This document shows positions 9,486 to 19,443 of a stretch of DNA of 64,000 nucleotides, piece after piece (the first letter of the stretch is position 1; every line of letters begins with the position of its first letter). The translations under genes and the position numbers were made by a program. The notes beneath the pieces were generated by a model. The model worked only from the letters and a program-made list of their open reading frames with translations, ran no database searches and was not told the origin of the DNA. The stretch is from the IMG/VR virus record IMGVR_UViG_3300005590_000001, positions 32,001-96,000 of that record; one strand, given 5' to 3'. This stretch comes from a virus.

Positions 9486-10378
9486 GTTAAAAACTCACTT
9501 ATGTGGATTGCATTAACTCCAACTTGATTTAATGATGTCAAAACTTGATGATCATCATCTACTACGGTTACGTCTCGTTTGTCCAACTTCCTCGAACGAA
9601 TGATAGAAAGCGCTTCCACATATTTATAACGTTTATTACCAACGAAGAAACGATTTTCTTTAGGAATAAAAGGGGCGTGCTTATCAAGCCACTCCTCTTT
9701 TTCTCGTAAACTTTGGCTATTAGGCATGGCAGAAAGAATGTAAACGTTATCACGATTAAGAATGCGGTCCAAAACTGGTTGAACGGGTCTAGCATACTTA
9801 AAATATTCCCCATCTGTAAAATTAATGTTGCCGTTTTCATCTAACGGCATGTGTTGATATGCCGCAAGCGTACCATCCATATCAAAGAAGATATGTTTGT
9901 TGGTATAGTATGGAACGTCAACGACATCATCACAGTATTCAAGTAATCTGTGGTAGCAACGATTTTTAATAATTGCTTTCTTAATAATCGCCGATTCAGG
10001 TACTGTTCTTTCTCGCTGCTTATTTCGTTCTAAGCAAACTGCAAGTGGCGTGTCAATATTAACAAGTACAATTTGATACTCACCGATCTGATCAACTTCA
10101 CTCATCAATCTCGCATTATACTTATTATTGATACCACCACCGTCAAAGAATATTGTACTATATTTTAATGATTTAGCGGCGTTTATAAGCTGTTGTTCTG
10201 CTCTTTCTACACTTAATTGATGTAGAGCTTCGGGAAATGCTGGATTATATAAAGGGTTTTGTTTTTTGATTTCATCAGCGGATATAATAATTGGGTCGAA
10301 AAAATTATCTAACCTATTTTGTATCCAAGTTGTTTTACCGGCACCCGGCAAACCGAACATAAAGTAAACGGTTCTCAT
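9479..10378 (-). CDS. AAA_33-type kinase fused to HAD 5'(3')-nucleotidase domain
   Basis: GLPGAGKTT; FFDMDGTL...ILSA...VDDD. Confidence 0.8.
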   Translation of the reverse strand: MRTVYFMFGLPGAGKTTWIQNRLDNFFDPIIISADEIKKQNPLYNPAFPEALHQLSVERAEQQLINAAKSLKYSTIFFDGGGINNKYNARLMSEVDQIGEYQIVLVNIDTPLAVCLERNKQRERTVPESAIIKKAIIKNRCYHRLLEYCDDVVDVPYYTNKHIFFDMDGTLAAYQHMPLDENGNINFTDGEYFKYARPVQPVLDRILNRDNVYILSAMPNSQSLREKEEWLDKHAPFIPKENRFFVGNKRYKYVEALSIIRSRKLDKRDVTVVDDDHQVLTSLNQVGVNAIHISEFLTW

Positions 10379-11172
10379 TTTGAGTACTCCAAACCTTTTC
10401 TACTATAAATATTTGTAATACCAGATTCGTATAGAGTATCTACACCCTTAGAAAGTATCAAGTGTGAGCAATATAAATCTACACATTTGGGTTTGGTATT
10501 CTTATGTATTGCTTCGGCCGCGAGCTTAAATGTCATACCGCCGTCGCAAATATCATCTACTATTAGACATCTTTGCCCTTGTAAGTCTTTAAATTTACTT
10601 CTTGCTAAGGGTTCAGACATGGTAATATAGCCAGTTTCAGGATCTCGTTGTTTAAGTAAAACAAAATCCTTGTTTGTTCGTAAAATATATCTTTTTGCGG
10701 CAGATTCGTCTGGATAAATTGTGTAATCATATTTATATTGTTTAATAATTCTACGAATAATATGATCGGGTGATTGAACAGTAATGAAACCCTCAAGTAC
10801 ATCATGCCAACAGTGTAAATCAAAGCATATAATTTTATTTACATAATTACGCATTAAACCTACAAAAGTAAATAATGCAAATGTATTATTGTTATTTATT
10901 GATTTGTCTTGTCTGGCATAAGGTAAGTATGGAGCATGTAATGTAATTACTAAATCTGGACAATATGATCTGAGCAAGTCGCAAAGCTGACAAATATGAA
11001 AGATTTCTGATTCATTTTCAAATTGCCAATCAATTTTTACATGTTTATCGGCAACAATTTGTAAACACATTTCTGCAGAAAGATGCCAAACTTGACTAGT
11101 TTTGTCGGGAAAAACGGTGGGTTGAATGACATGACTGTCAATACTAATCATCTTTTTTATCCTGTTGAACAA
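10375..11172 (-). CDS. prs: ribose-phosphate pyrophosphokinase family (Prs/Adps-like)
   Basis: FPD, PYLPYARQD, DLH, LIVDDICDGGMTF PRTase motif. Confidence 0.9.
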   Translation of the reverse strand: MFNRIKKMISIDSHVIQPTVFPDKTSQVWHLSAEMCLQIVADKHVKIDWQFENESEIFHICQLCDLLRSYCPDLVITLHAPYLPYARQDKSINNNNTFALFTFVGLMRNYVNKIICFDLHCWHDVLEGFITVQSPDHIIRRIIKQYKYDYTIYPDESAAKRYILRTNKDFVLLKQRDPETGYITMSEPLARSKFKDLQGQRCLIVDDICDGGMTFKLAAEAIHKNTKPKCVDLYCSHLILSKGVDTLYESGITNIYSRKGLEYSK

Positions 11173-11365
11173 GTATAGAACTTACAAAAAGCATACCAAC
11201 TAACAATGTTATATTAATCGCAATCAAAGCTGGGATAACAATATCTTTTTCCATACCCATATCTTGAATTAGATAGTGTTGACCAACAACGCTTCCAGCC
11301 ATAGCTAAAATTGATGATCCAAAACAAAACAATACGATTAAAGCTTTCATTATTTTATGCATCAT
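11144..11365 (-). CDS. small membrane protein
   Basis: two hydrophobic helices. Confidence 0.5.
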   Translation of the reverse strand: MMHKIMKALIVLFCFGSSILAMAGSVVGQHYLIQDMGMEKDIVIPALIAINITLLVGMLFVSSILVQQDKKDD

Positions 11366-11609
11366 ATATCCTTTTAAGGCTAAAAATTATTAAACACAAT
11401 ATTAAAATACAATCTATTATCGGCCAAGCTAGTAAGTGTACTGAAGTAGCCATAAAACAAAACGGTCCATCATCCTCATTATTTCTATTACATTCAAGCC
11501 AATGCCACATTGGAACACATTTATATAACCGCCAGTAACCAAAAATGTAAATTAGATGTAATATAACACCGGTTAGATGTATAAAGGCGATATACTGATA
11601 ATAATTCAT
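11355..11609 (-). CDS. small membrane protein
   Basis: two hydrophobic helices. Confidence 0.5.
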   Translation of the reverse strand: MNYYQYIAFIHLTGVILHLIYIFGYWRLYKCVPMWHWLECNRNNEDDGPFCFMATSVHLLAWPIIDCILILCLIIFSLKRIYDA

Positions 11610-11621
11610 TAAGTTATATCC

Positions 11622-11765
11622 TTAAATTGCATTACGACACTCTTGCATACAAAAGACACAACAATCGCATAATGATAGATGATCATCTTCTATTTCTTCG
11701 CGATAAGGACATGTATGCAATTCTAGATTTTCATTTTGACATGATTCATTGTCTTCACAAGACAT
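11622..11765 (-). CDS. small Cys-rich protein (47 aa)
   Basis: Manual translation MSCEDNESCQNENLELHTCPYREEIEDDHLSLCDCCVFCMQECRNAI; GGGGAG RBS upstream. Confidence 0.6.
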   Translation of the reverse strand: MSCEDNESCQNENLELHTCPYREEIEDDHLSLCDCCVFCMQECRNAI

Positions 11766-11798
11766 TTAGATTCTCCCCCTTAAATTAACTACTCATAA

Positions 11799-11824
11799 TA
11801 GCCGAGGTCGGATTCGAACCGACA
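11799..11824 (-). pseudogene. orphan tRNA 3' fragment (T arm + acceptor strand)
   Basis: GTCGG-TTCGAAT-CCGAC-CTCGGCT-A with no 5' half. Confidence 0.6.
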
Positions 11825-11829
11825 AGGAT

Positions 11830-11904
11830 TGACACTGGAGAGATTCGAACTCTCAACTCACTGCTTCTAAGGCAGCGTCCTCTTGCCTATTGGGATACAG
11901 TGCC
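11830..11904 (-). tRNA. trnL: tRNA-Leu(UAG), short variable loop, no encoded CCA
   Basis: GGCACTG/CAGTGTC acceptor, GCTGC-CTTAGAA-GCAGT anticodon arm, GAGAG-TTCGAAT-CTCTC T arm. Confidence 0.85.
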
Positions 11905-11981
11905 GTTTATAAACTTTTTTTAATTAATTATGGTATACATGCGTAATATATTATATACACATTTACCATAAGGAATTAATT

Positions 11982-12647
11982 ATGAAATATACAAAAGAAT
12001 TATTAGAACCAATTGTTCGAGAATGCACATCTATAAGACAAGTTTTACAGAGACTAGGACTCAAAGAAACTGGCGGAAATTATTCAAATATTGGAAAAAG
12101 AATAGATAAACATGGTATTGATCGATCTCATTTTACTGGACAGGGACATATGAAGGGTAAAAAAGCATTAAATAGAAAATCAACTAAATATTACTTAGAT
12201 AATAAAGCTCATATACACTCCAATGCATTACGTTTACGATTACTTAACGAAGGATATTTCGAACACCAATGCCAAGGATGTGGTGCAAAAGAGTGGAGGG
12301 GTGATTCTATACCTCTAGAATTACACCATATTGATTGTAACCATCACAATAATAGCTTAGATAACTTAATGATTTTATGCCCAAATTGTCACAAATATGA
12401 ACATGATCAATTAAAAAAGAAATCTAAAAACCCTAAACATAAAAAAAAATGTAAAGACTGCACTGAGCAAATAAGAAAAGAGTCGTTGAGATGTAGATCA
12501 TGTGCGTCAAAATTACGACCGACTAAAATTAATTGGCCAGATACCAAATCTTTAAAGAAAATGGTATCTGAAACCAATTATTCTGTAGTTGCAAGATCTT
12601 TAAAAGTTTCTGATAACGCAATTAGAAAACGATTGAGAAATCATTAA
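11982..12647 (+). CDS. HNH homing-type endonuclease (antisense to surrounding genes)
   Basis: CQGC...LELHHID.NHHNN.LDNL.ILCPNCH; C-terminal HTH VSDNAIRK. Confidence 0.88.
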   Translation: MKYTKELLEPIVRECTSIRQVLQRLGLKETGGNYSNIGKRIDKHGIDRSHFTGQGHMKGKKALNRKSTKYYLDNKAHIHSNALRLRLLNEGYFEHQCQGCGAKEWRGDSIPLELHHIDCNHHNNSLDNLMILCPNCHKYEHDQLKKKSKNPKHKKKCKDCTEQIRKESLRCRSCASKLRPTKINWPDTKSLKKMVSETNYSVVARSLKVSDNAIRKRLRNH

Positions 12648-13921
12648 TGGTAAAGACTTTGCATACTACGATATGCAATATTTGTTGAACGATGACGTGC
12701 AAATCGGATTTCTACATCCTTAATAAGCTTTTTACCTTCAAAGGTAATATGCTTACGGGATTTTTCAAAATCCTTTTTCAATTCTTCAAGTTGTGAATTG
12801 TTTTTCACAAGTTCATCTTGTTGTTCTTTATAATTATCCTTTATAGACTTGATAGGATCTTTATCTTCATTTTCAGACCACATATCTACAGATGCCGCTT
12901 TATTATAACGGCCGAAATAACAATCACAGATATATTTGTAAAATTGCGGTGTTAGGATCCATTCAACTTTCGCCGTATTCTTACTAGTATATTCCTTGAT
13001 CTTACAAATTTGAAAACCAAAGTTATCAATGATGTATGGCTCATCTAATGTATCGTCATCAGGATCGAACGCTGAATTCAGATAAACATTTTTCTTCCAT
13101 ACCAACTTCTTATCGCCATCAAGTACCCAAATATCCACACAGTTATTACCGTAGTAACTTGAATTTGTACTTGATCCACAATTAAAGTAACTAATAAAGT
13201 CACTTGCACGCTGTTCATGCATATTAACTTCGCGAATTACTTCCATGACAATATCGATTGATATATTGTAAAGCTCTACAAGACTTTCTACAAGATCATC
13301 TTTAAAATCTTTATTCTCCAAAAGATCATCAATGATTTGTTCAATAACAGCTTTGGAAAGCGAATCATATTTTTTCAAATATCTGATCCGTGTTGGTCTT
13401 TCTAAAAGATTTGGGTTTACGCTAAGTTTATTAGCGGTTAGAATAAAGAAAATTTTTGCCTTAGGATCTTGCACGCCATCCATACATGAAAGCAAAGCAC
13501 CACGCTCATCTTCTGGAAAAACTTTCTCATATTCGTCAACTAAAACCACACAATCAAAATCAATGTTTGAAATAAACTGTGCAATATTTGGAATTTGATT
13601 CTGTACAAGAATTACCGGCAAGCCCAACTGATTACATAAAAGTTTTGCCGTAAACGTTTTACCAGTTCCTTTAAGGCCGCTTAACAGAATACCAAGATTC
13701 TTTTCTTTTTGAAAATGAAATTGTTTGATACATCTTTCAATGAAGGGTTGGTCAATATCATAAACCTTATCAGGCATTTCAAACTTCTCAAAAGTATGAG
13801 ATAGGTACGGCCCAACCAAAGGATTAAAATTTAACGTATAGACATGATTTTTAATTTCGGCACGGCGATATTCAGGAACATTTTTAATACCAACATCAGT
13901 TTCAATCCAAACTCTACTCAT
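12644..13921 (-). CDS. AAA+ ATPase
   Basis: GLKGTGKT Walker A, VLVDEYEK Walker B, LTAN, RPTR. Confidence 0.85.
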   Translation of the reverse strand: MSRVWIETDVGIKNVPEYRRAEIKNHVYTLNFNPLVGPYLSHTFEKFEMPDKVYDIDQPFIERCIKQFHFQKEKNLGILLSGLKGTGKTFTAKLLCNQLGLPVILVQNQIPNIAQFISNIDFDCVVLVDEYEKVFPEDERGALLSCMDGVQDPKAKIFFILTANKLSVNPNLLERPTRIRYLKKYDSLSKAVIEQIIDDLLENKDFKDDLVESLVELYNISIDIVMEVIREVNMHEQRASDFISYFNCGSSTNSSYYGNNCVDIWVLDGDKKLVWKKNVYLNSAFDPDDDTLDEPYIIDNFGFQICKIKEYTSKNTAKVEWILTPQFYKYICDCYFGRYNKAASVDMWSENEDKDPIKSIKDNYKEQQDELVKNNSQLEELKKDFEKSRKHITFEGKKLIKDVEIRFARHRSTNIAYRSMQSLYH

Positions 13922-14113
13922 TTTTATTAACCTTTAAAGATTTTGTAACAGAAAACAAACGGGCTGACCAAAAATCAGGTGACTGATTATACTCTTGACA
14001 ATATGAAGCAACTACTTTCTTTTCTATCTGCTCTTTAGTAAATTGCTCAGGTAAACCTCCATTAATAGTTATACATTCAACGGGTTTTTGTTTATAAGAC
14101 AAAACTACAATAT

Positions 14114-14950
14114 TCATGATTCTTCTTCCATATCCATATAATTGTCATCATCTTTAACAATTTGTTCAAGAACTTTAAAGTCCCAGCTTTTATGTTTGAA
14201 AGTATGCCAGCCGGGTTTGTTAATACGAACACATACTCCCTCTTTTGGGTGACGTGAATCTATTGGGTCTTCACCTTCTGTGAGTTTATCAATATAATCG
14301 ATTGCCATATCACGAACAGTTCTTATATCATCACCTTCAGGATGTAATCGTGTAAGTTCTGGAACATGTTTGATATTATGATGATTACACCATGATACAA
14401 CTTCGTCCCATGTCCAATCTACAGTTTTACCGTCAGCTAATACCCAAACAATTCTATATACATAGACATCGAATTCACCATCAGCACAACCATAAGTGTA
14501 GGTTATAGTATCACCATACTTTTTACGTAATTGTTTATTATTGCTACGTTTAGTTGGTTGACGTGGCATAATTGGCTGATTTGGACCTTCGAATCCAACC
14601 ACTTCATAGTAGACGATCATATGGTCTTCTAGAAATGGAATTATTTTCGCCGCCGCTTTAGCTCTCATATCTGGGCAATGATATCCCTCTTTCCCTTTGT
14701 CATTTAAGACAACTCTACGAGTACCATTCAGTACTTTTACCTCATTCTCAGATATGGGAATACCCAAACGACGAAGAAATCTCTCAAACCAATTAAGTTC
14801 TCGATTTGCGAGTACTCGACCAGTTCTTTGAGAAGTGTTATGTATTAAAATGTTGTTTGCATAAAAATTATTTGTTGCTGACACCGTTAGATCGTATCGA
14901 TCATTTTTCTTTCTTAGTTTGGTAATCTTGGTGATTTTCTTGTATTTCAT
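14114..14950 (-). CDS. split-intein C fragment (38 aa) + RNA ligase C-extein
   Basis: MKYKKITKI...YDLTV..TNNFYANNILIHN|T intein C-terminus, then YYEVVG, EGVCVR, FKHKS ligase motifs III/IV/V. Confidence 0.85.
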   Translation of the reverse strand: MKYKKITKITKLRKKNDRYDLTVSATNNFYANNILIHNTSQRTGRVLANRELNWFERFLRRLGIPISENEVKVLNGTRRVVLNDKGKEGYHCPDMRAKAAAKIIPFLEDHMIVYYEVVGFEGPNQPIMPRQPTKRSNNKQLRKKYGDTITYTYGCADGEFDVYVYRIVWVLADGKTVDWTWDEVVSWCNHHNIKHVPELTRLHPEGDDIRTVRDMAIDYIDKLTEGEDPIDSRHPKEGVCVRINKPGWHTFKHKSWDFKVLEQIVKDDDNYMDMEEES

Positions 14951-14999
14951 TGGTTTTCTGTGTAATAAATTACACGACTCCATGTACTTGAGGTGTAAG

Positions 15000-15851
15000 A
15001 TGAATTGTGAAAAATGTAACTTTAAAGCTCAAAAAAGAGGTCAATTAGGTATCCATAAGAAGACGTGTAAAAAATGGAAAAAGTTTTGTAGGAAAATGAC
15101 ATTACAAAAATTTGATTTTTTATATAATCACTTAAAAATGTCTGCGATAGATATTCAAAAAGCATACAAACTCAACTCATACGCAATTGTGTACACATTA
15201 ATGAAGAAGGTTGGATTCAAATGTAGGACTTTGTCTGAATCTGCGAAAATTTGTAGAAAGAAAGTCAAACATCACAACTTTAGTAAAAATCACCCGTCTA
15301 GAAAGAGATGGGAGAAGAGGCTGTTAAAAGAAGAAGGTATCACTAATGTTTTCCAACGTGAATCAGTTAAAAGAAAATCTGTTCAAACTCTACTAAAAAA
15401 ATATGGTGTAGAATCACCATACAAAATTACAACTTCACGAGGGAAAAATATATATTCATCAATTCATAGAAAAGTTGTAACTATATGTCAAGAACTTGAC
15501 ATTGAGATTGCTATTGAGTTTAAGCTTCCTAAAAAATCTGGTCGATATTTTGCTTATGATATATTTATATCTAACACTAAAAAGATTATAGAAGTTTATG
15601 GAGATTATTGGCATGGAAATCCATTAATCTACAAACCGAATGATTTAATCCTTAAGGGGTCAAGCGGTGAAAAAATAGTGAAAGAAAAATGGGAATTTGA
15701 TGAACTTAAAAATCGACATGCTGTTTTAGCAGGTTATCAGGTGTTGATTATATGGGAATCAGATTTAGTTAAAGATATCAATAAATTGATATTAGACTAC
15801 TCATCTGATAAGCATAGATCTCCGATACTTAATTCATCAACTCTTCTATAA
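15000..15851 (+). CDS. free-standing endonuclease (Vsr/DUF559-like PD-(D/E)XK), antisense inside fractured ligase gene
   Basis: YDIFI...IIEVYGDYWHGNP...D..KN..A...GY.VL.IWESD; GAGG RBS before ATG 15000. Confidence 0.85.
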   Translation: MNCEKCNFKAQKRGQLGIHKKTCKKWKKFCRKMTLQKFDFLYNHLKMSAIDIQKAYKLNSYAIVYTLMKKVGFKCRTLSESAKICRKKVKHHNFSKNHPSRKRWEKRLLKEEGITNVFQRESVKRKSVQTLLKKYGVESPYKITTSRGKNIYSSIHRKVVTICQELDIEIAIEFKLPKKSGRYFAYDIFISNTKKIIEVYGDYWHGNPLIYKPNDLILKGSSGEKIVKEKWEFDELKNRHAVLAGYQVLIIWESDLVKDINKLILDYSSDKHRSPILNSSTLL

Positions 15852-16651
15852 ACTGAAAATTCTGGAAGCCAGACAGGATTATTTCCTGTAATGGTCAATT
15901 TAGAGCCATCATCGAACTCCAACTCGAACCATTCACCATCATTGGGAACATAATAAAATTCATCAATTGGGACATAGATATCCTGATGTGTGTTTAAATC
16001 ACGTGCTTTAATATGCACAGTAAGTTTAAGATCAACAATATCTCCGATTTTTTGTGTGCCCAATTCTAATGTTTGAACTTTGGTATTACGCTCTACACAA
16101 CCATGAACTTTATTTGTAATGATTAACTCATCACCAATATTTATCTTTTCAATATTATACCTAAGCTGTTCTGTATCACGATGCTCAGGAAAACATAGTT
16201 CTTTTTTCTTAGTTGGTTTTTGTGAAGAGTTTCGATGAGGGTTTCTGCGTGAAATATATTTGCAACAGATTGGTATTCCTGCAAACTCATCTATTTGATC
16301 GCCCTCTTTTAATGCAGACGTATCTCCGAAGTGATTTAGATAAGAAAGAGGACACCAGAATCCATGAGATCGGACGCCTCGAAATTTTTGTACGCGGACG
16401 CGGCGATTTGGATCGAACATACCGCCTTCATTTGCACCAGTTTCTGGATTCTTACGGCGGATCAAATCGTTCTTCGCCGCAAACTCTGCGGACAACTGCA
16501 ACTCACACGGGAAGTATAAACCCAATGCTTGGTCCGGAGTATCTTTGCCGACAATAATAGTTTCACCCATTACTGTGCCAACGGCTAAACTATGTACTTC
16601 TGGATCTGGGTGTGGAGTAACTGTAACTTTACACACTATTGCTTTGTGCAT
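15797..16651 (-). CDS. RNA ligase N-extein + split-intein N fragment (100 aa)
   Basis: tRNA-binding-like N-domain (HP...L.V; KFRGVRSHG), motif I TNKVHG immediately followed by CVERNTKV...TITGNNPVW...RVDELSIGD intein blocks. Confidence 0.85.
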   Translation of the reverse strand: MHKAIVCKVTVTPHPDPEVHSLAVGTVMGETIIVGKDTPDQALGLYFPCELQLSAEFAAKNDLIRRKNPETGANEGGMFDPNRRVRVQKFRGVRSHGFWCPLSYLNHFGDTSALKEGDQIDEFAGIPICCKYISRRNPHRNSSQKPTKKKELCFPEHRDTEQLRYNIEKINIGDELIITNKVHGCVERNTKVQTLELGTQKIGDIVDLKLTVHIKARDLNTHQDIYVPIDEFYYVPNDGEWFELEFDDGSKLTITGNNPVWLPEFSVYRRVDELSIGDLCLSDE

Positions 16652-16938
16652 TTTAAATCCTCAAAATATTGTTGACGTTCATTATCCAACTTTTCAAACT
16701 CTTTCATAATTTTTTTAGAATTTTTTACCCAATCGTTATACATAATATGATTAGGTCTTTCTTCAATCATTAATTGATAATCATAATGTATTTCCAACAT
16801 ATCTACCATTTTTTTTTCTAAGTTACGCAAATGAATATTTGTTTGTGAAAACTTAGGTTTTGAGAAACTAAAATGAAAATATACATCAACCCAAACAAAA
16901 ATCATTATAATGATAAGTATTGTTTTGAGCAATTTCAT
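16636..16938 (-). CDS. membrane-anchored hypothetical protein
   Basis: N-terminal hydrophobic helix. Confidence 0.5.
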   Translation of the reverse strand: MKLLKTILIIIMIFVWVDVYFHFSFSKPKFSQTNIHLRNLEKKMVDMLEIHYDYQLMIEERPNHIMYNDWVKNSKKIMKEFEKLDNERQQYFEDLKCTKQ

Positions 16939-16941
16939 TTA

Positions 16942-17937
16942 TCACTTCCCATACTTTCTAAAGATAGAAGAAATTTCATCAACAATAATAGAATCTAAAT
17001 CTTTATGCGCCCGCTCTATGTTGCCGTAATGAGATTCTAAACAATTCATTAGTAATGCCCGAATAAAATTTTCATTCGGTCGATCTGGTAATTTAGAAGT
17101 TTCTTTTAATCTTTCAAGTCTATGTTCAGCCTCTTGAAACCATCGAATTATTTCTTTTTCCGGCACCTCAGCATTACGGATAGCTTTCATCTTTGCTACT
17201 CGACCAGATTCTTGAAGATCTAAATCGCCGTGAGTAAGCATATATTCAGCTTGAGATACTAGACGATATACATGATATGCAAACTTAAGATCAAATCCAT
17301 GAATCTTTTGTGATTCAAATCTCTTACTTTTATTTACACCATCGACGTAAATCTCTAAGTATTTAGAATTACCAAGAGTTTGAGCTTCTGCAAATGTAGT
17401 ACTGTGTGGTATTCCAGCACTTTCTTCAAAGCTCCATATTAAAGCACAGCTTTTCTTTGCTTTCTTTAAATCAGTAAGTTGACCGTAAGCATATCCCTTA
17501 AACGTATTGAATAAACCTTTATGTAAAAAGCCGCGTCTATTTTCTCTAATGATTTCAAATGCTTGAGTGATATGTTTGATACATTCACGAGGAACAAATA
17601 GAGAGTCAATAATATTTGGATTATTTTTTCTTAGAAGCTGAAAATATTTAGCTATATTAAAGATTTGAAAGTCATAATGTTTCTTAGAAGATTTATCTTG
17701 CACATCATGTTGAAGCCAGTTATTAAAAACCTTAGTGTCAATATCAAAACCGTGTATTACATTTGGTTTGAAAAGATATTCTTTCGGCGGAATTGCAACG
17801 CCGTACATATCAAGGTCAGACCATTCCGTAGCAACACCATACGCTTGACTACCCATCACAGTTAGATAATGAGTATTACTTGGTAACCAAGTAGGTGGTT
17901 CAATTAGTTTCTTTTCTACTAAGTCTTGAAGTAACAT
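16942..17937 (-). CDS. Pol-beta-superfamily nucleotidyltransferase (phage YcgL/NrdC.11-like)
   Basis: GSQAYG..TEWSDLDMYGV, NPNIID.LF, K.AYH..RL. Confidence 0.82.
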   Translation of the reverse strand: MLLQDLVEKKLIEPPTWLPSNTHYLTVMGSQAYGVATEWSDLDMYGVAIPPKEYLFKPNVIHGFDIDTKVFNNWLQHDVQDKSSKKHYDFQIFNIAKYFQLLRKNNPNIIDSLFVPRECIKHITQAFEIIRENRRGFLHKGLFNTFKGYAYGQLTDLKKAKKSCALIWSFEESAGIPHSTTFAEAQTLGNSKYLEIYVDGVNKSKRFESQKIHGFDLKFAYHVYRLVSQAEYMLTHGDLDLQESGRVAKMKAIRNAEVPEKEIIRWFQEAEHRLERLKETSKLPDRPNENFIRALLMNCLESHYGNIERAHKDLDSIIVDEISSIFRKYGK

Positions 17938-18177
17938 TAATGACCATTCTTTTTTCTATAACTTTGCAACCGCATAAATGGAATAGCAATTATAAAACCA
18001 GCACATATTAATATAAGCATTAAAAGTGTTAAGTACCAGAATACCAAAAATGGTATTGGACAATCCCAATCCTCTGATGGAACTTTTGCATATTTTGATG
18101 GATATAATATAAAAAAACAAAGTCGGAATGTCCAAAACAATAAGAGTGGTCCCATCAGTATAAAAAATACTAATGTA

Positions 18178-18567
18178 TCAGACATTATTTAGGAATTCCT
18201 TAACCAAATTAATATCCGGCACATAACCGGCCGACTTCAAAGCATTACAAACAACACCGATTTTCTTACCGTCATTCTTAGGTAAAGCTTTCCCATCCAT
18301 CACTTTTTCAATATCGCCGATAGTCAATTTAGGAATAAATTCCTTCAGTAGTTCATTTTCCCTTTGTAATTTATTGTCAGGTTTGTGTGCAAGAGATTCT
18401 TCATTAGACTTAATGAGTTTATTGATTCGACTAAGTACAAACGAGTCAGTTGTATCATTTGCAGAATCGCACTCATAAAGGATTACACAATAGACATCAA
18501 TCGCTAATTGATTCTTAAGTTTACGTGCTTGTAATCTGTTTGCTTTAATAGTATCATATAGTGACAT
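18178..18567 (-). CDS. GatB/YqeY-like small helical protein
   Basis: LYDTIK...ARK.K...E.ELLKEFIPK pattern. Confidence 0.55.
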   Translation of the reverse strand: MSLYDTIKANRLQARKLKNQLAIDVYCVILYECDSANDTTDSFVLSRINKLIKSNEESLAHKPDNKLQRENELLKEFIPKLTIGDIEKVMDGKALPKNDGKKIGVVCNALKSAGYVPDINLVKEFLNNV

Positions 18568-19189
18568 TGTTTAACCTTTTAACTTCCTTACTATTGGCTT
18601 GCTCTTTGTGGGATAGAGTAATGTATTTGCCGTACTTACCATGATAAAAGAAACCACAACAATCATTATAAGATCCAGTAAATGGATAAAATACATCACA
18701 TGCGGTCGGTCTGAATATTTGATAGTGATATGTTAATTTGCTACTTGGAGAAGATTTTTTGCTTATCTGTTTTAGAGGTGAAGCTTTTACTCTATACCAA
18801 ATATTGTTATATTTATAAAATAATTGGTTATCAAGCTCAATCAAATTATACTGTTTCTTTTCACGGCGATATGGTTTGCGTTTAAATTTTTGTAAAGTTT
18901 GAGTCCTAGGGCAAACATAAAAACATAATCTCATGTAAGATTTTAGAAGTTCATCCTTAGAATCATACAACTTACCATCTTTAATGATAGTATCTTGATC
19001 TACGTACAACTCTATACAATAATCAGCACGTGATCTTTTCCAGCCTTTGTATTTAGTACAAATTTTAGAATAAACATTATCCCATTTTTGACCAATACTA
19101 CCTTTGAGAAGCTTTAGTACTTCATCAAATACAGTGTCACGTTTACCTTTATCTGGATAATAGTGAGGCTTACGCCATTGTTTACGCAT
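18554..19189 (-). CDS. hypothetical protein (start likely MRKQW)
   Basis: long ORF; GQKWDNVYSKIC motif. Confidence 0.55.
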   Translation of the reverse strand: MRKQWRKPHYYPDKGKRDTVFDEVLKLLKGSIGQKWDNVYSKICTKYKGWKRSRADYCIELYVDQDTIIKDGKLYDSKDELLKSYMRLCFYVCPRTQTLQKFKRKPYRREKKQYNLIELDNQLFYKYNNIWYRVKASPLKQISKKSSPSSKLTYHYQIFRPTACDVFYPFTGSYNDCCGFFYHGKYGKYITLSHKEQANSKEVKRLNNVTI

Positions 19190-19369
19190 GCTTTCTTTGG
19201 TCATGATAGTAAAATTAAAAATGCAAAGAATAAAAGCCAGCCAGAAATTGATTCCTGACCTAAGAATGAAGATATAACAGCAAGTACAGACAGACTGATA
19301 CAAAGTAAAGCTTTGGCCCATAGTCTATATAATGTAAATTTATTTTCGTCCATTGTATTTTCCTTTAAA

Positions 19370-19391
19370 TAACCCCGGGTGGACTTGAACC
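19370..19391 (-). pseudogene. orphan tRNA 3' fragment
   Basis: GG-TTCAAGT-CCACC-CGGGGTT-A, truncated inside the T stem next to the HNH upstream region. Confidence 0.5.
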
Positions 19392-19443
19392 TTTATTTTA
19401 AAGGTTCGACTGTAAATTGCGTAATATACGCTAGGAGGTTATA

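Noticed and set aside
11830-11904. Amber suppressor tRNA / stop-codon recoding
   Set aside because: The anticodon reads UAG (Leu, decodes CUA), not CUA; genes translate cleanly with code 11.
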